A stretch of DNA of 64,000 nt from Candidatus Zixiibacteriota bacterium (GTDB lineage: Bacteria; Zixibacteria; MSB-5A5; GN15; FEB-12). Below, one piece after another: positions 51,196 through 58,124 of the stretch. Within the stretch, counting starts at the first letter, position 1. The number at the start of each line of letters is the position of its first letter. The translations under genes were made by a program, and so were the position numbers. The notes below the pieces were generated by a model. The model saw only the letters and a list, made by a program, of their open reading frames with translations, was not told the origin of the DNA and did not search any database. The stretch lies in assembly GCA_024280215.1 (NCBI GenBank), contig JAJRQO010000007.1, forward strand, positions 35,371 through 99,370, read 5' to 3'.

Positions 51196-51382
51196 CGAAC
51201 AAAAAATCCTTTCAATATAATTTTTCTTTTCATTGTTCTTTAGATGATGTCACTATGCAAATGATGCAAAATATATTGACTGATATTTGATAAATCAAAC
51301 ATAACTTTATAAGTAATAAGAGTTAAGAAGATTGAAATTGTATGAATTACGGGTAAATAAAAAGAATTAACTAAGATAATTA

Positions 51383-51637
51383 TCAGTTCTGTTTGCCGAA
51401 TTTCTTCTCCCAACGCTCTTTAAGCATATTGTTAAGCTTATTTTCAAGAGTGACAGGCAGTTTTTCCTCTTTTCCTTCGCGGCAGAGTTTGACCGTTTGT
51501 TTCATAGTATCGACCATAATACGGCAATTTTTGCATTCACCGATATGTGCTTCAATTTCAGCACACAATGATGAGTCGATTTCGCCATCAAGATAATCAT
51601 TTAACTCATTTATATAATCAAGACATTTTTTGCCCAT
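51383..51637 (-). CDS. Soluble zinc-binding anti-sigma factor (ZAS, RsrA-like)
   Basis: From the ATG at 51637 the protein is 84 aa: MGKKCLDYINELNDYLDGEIDSSLCAEIEAHIGECKNC... It carries H31-x3-C35-x2-C38 plus C5 and has no TM segment. It overlaps the sigma gene by 20 nt. Confidence 0.65.
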   Translation of the reverse strand: MGKKCLDYINELNDYLDGEIDSSLCAEIEAHIGECKNCRIMVDTMKQTVKLCREGKEEKLPVTLENKLNNMLKERWEKKFGKQN

Positions 51638-52220
51638 ATCGTTCCTCGAAAGTTTTTGAGAGTGAGTCTCTGACAACAAGTTTTGCTCGGAGGACTCTTG
51701 ATTTTGTCGATGCGACCGTTTCATCTATCATTTCAGCTATCTCTTTTATTGATAGCTCCTCAAAATATCGCAAGAGAAAAACTTCTTTGAACTGGTAGGG
51801 AAGTTCATCTATCGCAAGTTGAATAATTTTTTTTAACTCAGCTGCTTCAAGTTGGCTGTGAGGGTCATCCCAATCAAAGAGTTGCATGTTTTTATTCTTA
51901 TGCATCTCATCTGATGATTTCCCAGGAAGATATTCTTCAATTTCTTTAATCTCAGTTTGCTTCTGTTTTGCCAAAAGAGCTCTTGACTGATTTAAAGCTA
52001 TCGAATATAACCAGGTGCCAAATGCTGACTCTCCTCGAAATTTTTCGATATTATCTATCGCTTTTATAAGCGTTTCTGAGACAATATCTTCAGCGTCTAA
52101 TTTGTTACCAGTCATCTTCAAAGCAAGGGCATAGAGCTTTGCTTTGTTTGATTCAATCAGCCTGCTAAATGCTTCAAAATCGCCTGACTGTGCTAACTTA
52201 ATATCTTCTTTTTCATTCAT
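51618..52220 (-). CDS. ECF-type RNA polymerase sigma-70 factor
   Basis: Region 2 (DAEDIVSETLIKAIDNIEKFRGESAFGTWLYSIALN) and region 4 (FKEVFLLRYFEELSIKEIAEMIDETVASTKSRVLRAK). The ATG at 52220 gives a canonical N-terminus. Confidence 0.85.
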   Translation of the reverse strand: MNEKEDIKLAQSGDFEAFSRLIESNKAKLYALALKMTGNKLDAEDIVSETLIKAIDNIEKFRGESAFGTWLYSIALNQSRALLAKQKQTEIKEIEEYLPGKSSDEMHKNKNMQLFDWDDPHSQLEAAELKKIIQLAIDELPYQFKEVFLLRYFEELSIKEIAEMIDETVASTKSRVLRAKLVVRDSLSKTFEERYGQKMS

Positions 52221-52504
52221 TTGATTATAGTATACATAAAATGATGCAAAAAAATAACAATTATTTCTGTTTTCAAACAATTTATCATCTGACTGTCATT
52301 TATATAATGTTGACCTATATAAGTGGGTTAATTTTATCTATTATTTTGTCTATTTTCAAAAAAAATTCTTGATAAATTTATTTTATCTATTACATTAAAC
52401 GGGCTTGGAAAGAAAAGAGATGGTTTTTTTCAAATATTAAGTTTTAAAATTTGGGTATCCAGATCATCGAACACATGATATACTTCAGTGGTATCCAATA
52501 TGTT

Positions 52505-52542
52505 CCCGTAACGTTCCCCTCCCCCGTTGCGGGATTTTTTTT
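52505..52542 (+). terminator. Orphan plus-strand rho-independent terminator
   Basis: CCCGTAACG pairs with CGTTGCGGG (9 bp including one G-U), with an 11-nt C-rich loop, then A followed by T8. No plus-strand gene lies upstream or downstream. Confidence 0.6.
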
Positions 52543-52565
52543 GCTTGAAATTATAACTGAGAAGT

Positions 52566-52628
52566 GTAGGGCAGAACCCTTTAGTGGTTCTGCTAATGAA
52601 TCTGTAGGGAAACTGCTCACTGGTTCCG
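52566..52628 (+). repeat. Tandem pair of GTAGGG-headed hairpin repeat units (exact unit plus degenerate unit)
   Basis: GTAGGGCAGAACCCTTTAGTGGTTCTGC (52566-52593) is identical to 62472-62499. It contains the stem GCAGAACC/GGTTCTGC. A second unit, GTAGGGAAAC.., starts at 52604. Confidence 0.7.
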
Positions 52629-52642
52629 TTTTTGTTACTCAT

Positions 52643-52674
52643 AAAAAAAGGCGGAACCACTATTGGATTCCGCC
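52643..52674 (-). terminator. Rho-independent terminator of the cyt bd-like operon
   Basis: On the minus strand the sequence reads GGCGGAA-(11-nt loop)-TTCCGCC followed by T7. Confidence 0.7.
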
Positions 52675-52700
52675 TTACTATGATAATTATGAATTAACTT

Positions 52701-53708
52701 TTATTCCTGTTTACCAAAATAAAGCTTCAACATATACCAGACCGTTCCGACCATCAGAACAAAGAAAATCAAAAATATTACAAAAGGCGACCACTGAGCA
52801 TTGACCGTCATCTCCGATGGATCATAAAATCCGACCAATGATAACTTCCGCAAAACATGCCTTGTATAAATCATCGCTATAAATGACACCGAAAGCATCG
52901 TCGTTGCGATCGCAAACTTTTTCTTAAAGAGAAAATGAAGAGACCCTAATGACAACACAAACGAAATCGTCACAAGCCATATCGCTGGAGATTTCATAAA
53001 TGGTTTCATAAGAGGTCCAAGACCCATCATATAGGCAAATCCAGTCGCCATCGCAGCAACCATACCCCAGAGATAAAAATCCTTACCAACCTTGAACGCT
53101 TTTTCATTTTTCCTACCAACAAAGGCGATACAAAACCCACCGACCGTCATTGCACCCGTCAGCATATGAAGCCACCTGAAGAGATACGAACCGATTTCTG
53201 GATTGATAATAGTCCCACCCTGTCCTTCGGCATACAGCAGTTTATATAAGTCAGGCTTTTCCGCCAATGAAAATACCGATGAGTAGATAAATGAAACATA
53301 GAGCAAACAAGCAAATGCAATCGACAAATATATTTTTTGTTTGGTTGGAGTTTGCTTATTAAATGACAAGGCATACAGAAAATAATATGCAATCATGACG
53401 ACTACAAATATCATCAACCAGTACCATCCTGAAATAATCGATGCACTGTAAATCTGTCTTGGATAAGTCAGTTGAACAAACAACAACGGAGCCACCCCAA
53501 ATGATACTGTCATCGCCATGGCATTCGGAAGCATCTTTATATATTTTTGTACAAACGGGTTGTTCCACTTATCTTCAAATTGTCCAAAGAGTAGAACCAT
53601 AATACCACCGAATAAAAAATTCATCGCAATAAGGTGAAGCGAAAGTGTCACAATATGGAGAACCTCAATTAACCATAATGGAGCCGAAAGAAAATTAGAA
53701 TCAGGCAT
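52701..53708 (-). CDS. Polytopic membrane protein, unknown family, translationally coupled to the cyt bd-like gene
   Basis: 335 aa with about 9 TM helices. Its start overlaps the upstream stop (TAATG). Confidence 0.4.
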   Translation of the reverse strand: MPDSNFLSAPLWLIEVLHIVTLSLHLIAMNFLFGGIMVLLFGQFEDKWNNPFVQKYIKMLPNAMAMTVSFGVAPLLFVQLTYPRQIYSASIISGWYWLMIFVVVMIAYYFLYALSFNKQTPTKQKIYLSIAFACLLYVSFIYSSVFSLAEKPDLYKLLYAEGQGGTIINPEIGSYLFRWLHMLTGAMTVGGFCIAFVGRKNEKAFKVGKDFYLWGMVAAMATGFAYMMGLGPLMKPFMKSPAIWLVTISFVLSLGSLHFLFKKKFAIATTMLSVSFIAMIYTRHVLRKLSLVGFYDPSEMTVNAQWSPFVIFLIFFVLMVGTVWYMLKLYFGKQE

Positions 53709-55219
53709 TAGTTAGACTCCTTATTGTTAAGTGACATTATATAATCAATAAGAGCTTTACGCTCTTTTTCATCTCCTGTGAAGTCAGGCATTTCATCAGC
53801 AAAATCACCAGCCATATCTAAAATATCACCAAGGTCTTCTTCTGTAAGATCAAGCAGTGATTCCGATTTATCATTAAAACCACCAAAAACATGACACTTG
53901 CCACAACGGACATCATACACTTTTTTGCCAAGTGCGACACCCTCAAGATTATAGATCTCAGAAATATGCCGTTTGTCAATTTGAGTGTAAATATGCGATG
54001 CGACCATCTGAGCCTCGTCTTCAGCTCCAATAAACGGTGGCATATTGCCTCGGATAACATGAGTCCCCATAATTATTTGAGTTATAAACGCTTCATCAGT
54101 ACCGTCAAAGGCTGGTTTGAGCGGTTTGTATCCATCAATTGTATGACAACTTCGACAGGCACGCCTGAACAAATCGGCAGCCTTATCATCTGTCTTAAAT
54201 TCCATAGACTCATACAACCCTTCCTCTTGATATTTTTCGGCATTAGCAACATCAATTCCGTTACCATACATATATTGTGTAATCACATATGGTTTCCGAA
54301 TCGACTCTCGCATCAACTCATATTCACCAAACCATCCAAGAGCAAGAAGCATCGCAACAATTCCAACAACGATGTTATATCTTTTCGGAATCAAAAATCC
54401 AAAGACAATTAACAAAACTGCCAAAAGAGCAGCGTAAATATAAGTAGCGTTCATCGCTTTAATCGGTGTCAAATTTGCCTCAAGGGCAGCATCAACAATC
54501 TCTTTTGGAATTGCTGAAACATACCATAACATAGTTGGAATCATTATTGCAAGTCCACCAATTGCCCAGAGAGAATTAAACCGTACGATACGTTTTTTAA
54601 ACTCATCAGCATTTAATCGAGATGCGACAAATAGGGCATAGACACCACCGAGCATGATACAGATTCCTGTGCGAAGCCAAAGCGATGACCAAAATGTCGG
54701 ATTAAAATAGCCATCCCAAAACTGACCTGTTGTAATCCAATCACCTGGAGTGAGCATATAGGTGACGATGCCATTGATAATAAAAAGTGACATCCAAGCC
54801 GAGATAAAATAAATCCACCCAATAATAATATGATTTTTAGCAGAGAGAGTTTTCCATCCATAGAAATACAAAAGTGCCGCTATGATTTCGATAACAAAAA
54901 ATGTCCACTCACCAGCCCACGCCCATACATAATTATGGATAAGAACTTCAGTAGCAGCAGGGTTAAGCAGTCCGATTATAAACCAGATACCTACACCAGT
55001 TAAAGCACCAAAGACAACTGAGACCAAGACAAAAAACTTCGAAAGTTTTTCTAAAAATTGAAGTTTGAGCTGGTCATTATTTTTACGAGCAATAGTTTCA
55101 GCAATGACCAAATAGAGTCCGCCACCTATTGCAAAATGTGAGACAAAAACATGTATCACAGCAATCGCCGCCATAATGATTCCGTAGCCAATATCAATAT
55201 CCCAAAATGGGTAGTCCAT
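53708..55219 (-). CDS. Cytochrome bd subunit-I-like membrane domain fused to a C-terminal di-haem cytochrome c domain
   Basis: The N-terminal half parallels CydA helices (VIHVFVSHFAIGGGL, FGALTGVGIWF, WAGEWTFFVIEIIAALLYFYGW). The C-terminal part carries CRSCH and CGKCH. Confidence 0.6.
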   Translation of the reverse strand: MDYPFWDIDIGYGIIMAAIAVIHVFVSHFAIGGGLYLVIAETIARKNNDQLKLQFLEKLSKFFVLVSVVFGALTGVGIWFIIGLLNPAATEVLIHNYVWAWAGEWTFFVIEIIAALLYFYGWKTLSAKNHIIIGWIYFISAWMSLFIINGIVTYMLTPGDWITTGQFWDGYFNPTFWSSLWLRTGICIMLGGVYALFVASRLNADEFKKRIVRFNSLWAIGGLAIMIPTMLWYVSAIPKEIVDAALEANLTPIKAMNATYIYAALLAVLLIVFGFLIPKRYNIVVGIVAMLLALGWFGEYELMRESIRKPYVITQYMYGNGIDVANAEKYQEEGLYESMEFKTDDKAADLFRRACRSCHTIDGYKPLKPAFDGTDEAFITQIIMGTHVIRGNMPPFIGAEDEAQMVASHIYTQIDKRHISEIYNLEGVALGKKVYDVRCGKCHVFGGFNDKSESLLDLTEEDLGDILDMAGDFADEMPDFTGDEKERKALIDYIMSLNNKESN

Positions 55220-55407
55220 ACAATTTCTCCAAACTTATAGTTAATATTTCTCAATATTATTAACCAATACGTCACACAATGCAAGTTTAATTGTGAAATT
55301 TTTAACAAATTGTAGTTGTATATAATATTGACTAACTATTAATTTAAATTTATGAATAAAAGTATATTACTTAAAGTATTATAAGAGAATTAACTATAAG
55401 ATAATCT

Positions 55408-55434
55408 GTGCAAGGCAGACGTCCCCGTCTGCCT
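55408..55434 (+). repeat. GC-rich hairpin repeat GTGCA-AGGCAGAC-GTCCCC-GTCTGCCT (family member)
   Basis: Partner of the copy at 36349-36375. See that entry. Confidence 0.55.
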
Positions 55435-55472
55435 GTTTCCCACATTTTTTATATTTAAATGAAATATTATTC

Positions 55473-55562
55473 CAGTTTCGATAGTTCCTGATTTTGATTC
55501 ATCAAAATTGTGAACTGTTGATAAGATGTCAGTTCACAATTCACTTTCAGTGAATCAGGAAC
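55473..55562. repeat. Long two-tier hairpin whose left arm is a 45-nt repeat
   Basis: Outer stem GTTCCTGATT/AATCAGGAAC (55484-55493 / 55553-55562). Inner perfect 12-bp stem AATTGTGAACTG/CAGTTCACAATT (55506-55517 / 55530-55541). The stems are separated by an 11x11/12 internal loop, with a 12-nt apical loop. Confidence 0.7.
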
Positions 55563-55687
55563 TTACACAACGTGTAATAATCTATTATTTCTAATATAGT
55601 GGGCAGGTAACTCATAAAGTAGTTAGGAAAATAATGAATAAAAAGTATATTGTTCAGTATATACTTTAAATTGAATAAAGAGGCGTT

Positions 55688-55948
55688 ATGGAAGAATCAA
55701 TTTTAAAGGTCGGTCAAAAGTACAAACTCAAAGGAAACATCTTTGTAGGAAAATTTATTATTGTTTATACTGGAATGCCGAATGAGCATACATTTTCTAT
55801 TGCTTTGATATTTTCTGAAGGGTATCAGGCATTAGCTTATAACTTGTATTATCCACAAAATCAAAGGTGTATTGAGCTTGAATTTGGAACGATAGAAGTA
55901 TTACATGTAAATTCTGAATCATTAAGATGCCAAATTACTAAAAAATAA
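55688..55948 (+). CDS. Hypothetical 86-aa protein
   Basis: AAGAGG lies 5 nt upstream of the ATG. A strong bidirectional terminator follows. Confidence 0.35.
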   Translation: MEESILKVGQKYKLKGNIFVGKFIIVYTGMPNEHTFSIALIFSEGYQALAYNLYYPQNQRCIELEFGTIEVLHVNSESLRCQITKK

Positions 55949-55973
55949 TTTGTTCGGTATGGTTTTCTTAATT

Positions 55974-56033
55974 AAAAGGGCGTTTGACTAAACGCCCTTT
56001 TAATAATCTGTAGCGACAGGTCATTGACCTGTC
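55974..56033. terminator. Bidirectional terminator plus second hairpin between convergent genes
   Basis: AAAAGGGCGTTT-GACT-AAACGCCCTTTT lies at 55974-56001, with A- and T-tracts on both sides. GACAGGTC-ATT-GACCTGTC lies at 56015-56033. Confidence 0.7.
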
Positions 56034-56050
56034 TTATTCATGTAAAATGC

Positions 56051-56536
56051 TTAAAATGACCAGTTAATAATCGGAAAAATTGGAAACTGCCCATTCTGTT
56101 TAATCACATTGATTAAGCCAATCTGCAGACCCTTCATTGTCCCAGCATGATTGATTATGCCAAGTTGAAAACCATTCATGTTTTGAGCATGATTAACAAA
56201 ACCCCACTGAAACCCTTCACAATTTCCCTTGACAGAATTTACAAAGCCATGTTGAAATCCAACAAAATTCGCTTCATTCATATTTACAAATCCAAGTTGA
56301 ACACCTTTTGAAAGTCCAGAAGTTGTATGGGTCACTAATCCCCAATCAAGTCCTGTCACTGATGTATTTTTACCATAAAGTAAACTCAGACGAATACCTC
56401 GCACGGCTTCACCTTCGGATACAAGTTGAATTGGGTTAAACAATGAAAGCTGAATTGGTTTAGCTTCTTCAGCAGAAATTGTAATTGAGAGGGTGAAAGA
56501 TAAAAACAATGCTGTTGTTAAAATTCTCTTAGACAT
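56051..56536 (-). CDS. Secreted repeat protein with tandem G-x-Q-x-G-h-h-N units
   Basis: Signal peptide followed by about 5-6 units: GVQLGFVN, GFQHGFVN, GFQWGFVN, GFQLGIIN, GLQIGLIN. The protein ends ..INWSF. Confidence 0.5.
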   Translation of the reverse strand: MSKRILTTALFLSFTLSITISAEEAKPIQLSLFNPIQLVSEGEAVRGIRLSLLYGKNTSVTGLDWGLVTHTTSGLSKGVQLGFVNMNEANFVGFQHGFVNSVKGNCEGFQWGFVNHAQNMNGFQLGIINHAGTMKGLQIGLINVIKQNGQFPIFPIINWSF

Positions 56537-56595
56537 CCGTTTGTCCTTTTCATCATTTAAAGTTTTTAAAAGCAGGGAAGACCCAAATAAATTTT

Positions 56596-56640
56596 CAGTA
56601 TCGATAGATCATGATTTTAATTTAGCAAAATTGTGAACTG
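56596..56640 (+). repeat. Second copy of the 45-nt element (39/45 identical to 55473-55517)
   Basis: CAGTATCGATAGATCATGATTTTAATTTAGCAAAATTGTGAACTG aligns to CAGTTTCGATAGTTCCTGATTTTGATTCATCAAAATTGTGAACTG. Confidence 0.7.
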
Positions 56641-56661
56641 ACACAAGGTCATATTAATTTT

Positions 56662-57414
56662 TTATTTCAACTGATGATGCACCGTAAACAACTGCCGAAC
56701 GGTAAGTTCAACAACAACAACCGATGTCACAGCGACCGCCATCAATATCATATACATAACTATAATTTGCAAAAGCACCGCATCAAGCGGGTCAGCACCT
56801 GCGAGTATCATACCTGTCATCGCCCCAGGCAGTGCCACAAGTCCGACCGTTTTCATACTGTTTAGAATTGAAATCATACCAGTGGTAACAGCATCACGAA
56901 AATATAGTGCCGATGACTCCCGCCAACTTTTACCAAGCGAAAGAGCTGTCTCGACTGTAAGACGGTTTGACGATATATCAGATGTAATACGATTCATAGA
57001 AAGTGCCGAGGCGTTCATAGAGTTGCCGATTATCATACCACCCAAAGGAATTATGTAACGTGCTTCAAAGGTAATAATATTTAAAAATGCCATTATCCCT
57101 ATTGTAACGAACGAACCAAAGAGAATAGAAAAGAGAATCAAGACAAATGGTGATTTTATTTTTGTAACTCTACTCGATGCGGCTTGAGCTCCGACAAGTG
57201 CCATGACTAAAAGAGTTACCAGTATTAACCAGACCGATTCTAAATCAAAAATAAAGTTCAAAGCGTACCCAACCGCTACCAATTGTACAAATGAACGTAC
57301 CGAACCAATCGCAATATCTTTTTCAACATTGATTTTCCAAAACCGACTAATCGCTATTGCTATGGCAACTAAGATAAGGGAAAATAAAACTTCTGTCATT
57401 CCAGGATTATTCAT
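56662..57414 (-). CDS. fetB: FetB/YbbM-family ABC permease (putative iron export)
   Basis: 250 aa, polytopic and UPF0014-like. It is coupled to the upstream ATPase by an ATGA overlap. Confidence 0.65.
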   Translation of the reverse strand: MNNPGMTEVLFSLILVAIAIAISRFWKINVEKDIAIGSVRSFVQLVAVGYALNFIFDLESVWLILVTLLVMALVGAQAASSRVTKIKSPFVLILFSILFGSFVTIGIMAFLNIITFEARYIIPLGGMIIGNSMNASALSMNRITSDISSNRLTVETALSLGKSWRESSALYFRDAVTTGMISILNSMKTVGLVALPGAMTGMILAGADPLDAVLLQIIVMYMILMAVAVTSVVVVELTVRQLFTVHHQLK

Positions 57415-58124
57415 GACAACTCTCTCGCTTTGTAACGTTTACCAGCATCGGACTGAGGATTTTCAAGAAGTGATTTTATATCAGAACTTTCAGCAATCTT
57501 GCCATCAGCGATTAAAATCCCCGTCTGGTCAAACCGCATCGCTTGCTCAGGGGAATGGGTGACAATAATCGTTGTTAGATTTTCTTTAATTGTAATTTTT
57601 TGTATAAACTGTTCAAACGCTTCGGTTATCGACGGGTCAAGGGCAGAGGTCGGTTCATCAAGAAGTAAAATTTTAGGTTTTGTTAAAAGCATTCTCGCAA
57701 AGGCAACCCGTTGTTTTTCGCCTACTGATAATTTTTCAACAGAACTCTCAAGCATCTTTTGTGAGAGATGTACTTGAGCAAGCAATTCAAGCATTTGGCT
57801 ATTTGAAACAGTATTGTCAGCAAATAGAAAATTATCTTTGACTGTTTTTTCAAACAAATATGGCGTCTGAAATAGATAACCGATTTTTTTTCGCAACTCA
57901 CACACTACATACGAATCAATTGTTTGACCATCAAAAATAATCTCTCCCGATGAACTTTCATCAAGACGGTTAAGTAATCGCAACAATGACGATTTACCAG
58001 AACCCGATGGTCCCAAAATGGTGTAAATGTTTTTTGGATAAAAAGTATATGATATATCTTCAAGAATTTTTTTGTCGTCAACAATTTTGCTGACATGTGA
58101 AACCACAAGCGATGGACTACCCAT
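57411..58124 (-). CDS. fetA: FetA/YbbL-like ABC transporter ATP-binding protein
   Basis: Walker A GPSGSGKSS, signature LSVGEKQR and Walker B ILLLDEPTSALD. Confidence 0.75.
   Translation of the reverse strand: MGSPSLVVSHVSKIVDDKKILEDISYTFYPKNIYTILGPSGSGKSSLLRLLNRLDESSSGEIIFDGQTIDSYVVCELRKKIGYLFQTPYLFEKTVKDNFLFADNTVSNSQMLELLAQVHLSQKMLESSVEKLSVGEKQRVAFARMLLTKPKILLLDEPTSALDPSITEAFEQFIQKITIKENLTTIIVTHSPEQAMRFDQTGILIADGKIAESSDIKSLLENPQSDAGKRYKARELS

Noticed and set aside
51259-51271. A 13-nt exact match, AAATGATGCAAAA, shared by the regions upstream of the MMPL operon (51259-51271) and the ECF sigma gene (52239-52251), considered as a possible ECF promoter element.
   Set aside because: A 13-mer match is expected by chance several times in an AT-rich 64-kb window. 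The motif does not resemble a GAAC/CGT-type ECF promoter, and in the sigma copy it lies too close to the start codon.
52566-52628. The tandem GTAGGG-headed units considered as a mini CRISPR array.
   Set aside because: There are only two units per locus, the second is degenerate, the spacers are 10-30 nt, and there are no cas genes.
52451-52804. ORF 52451-52804(+), and the minus-strand ORFs 52430-52660 and 62357-62608 that share a ..TTKGFCPT.. peptide.
   Set aside because: The shared peptide is merely the translation of the 28-nt DNA repeat. These ORFs run through terminators and hairpins and have no start context.
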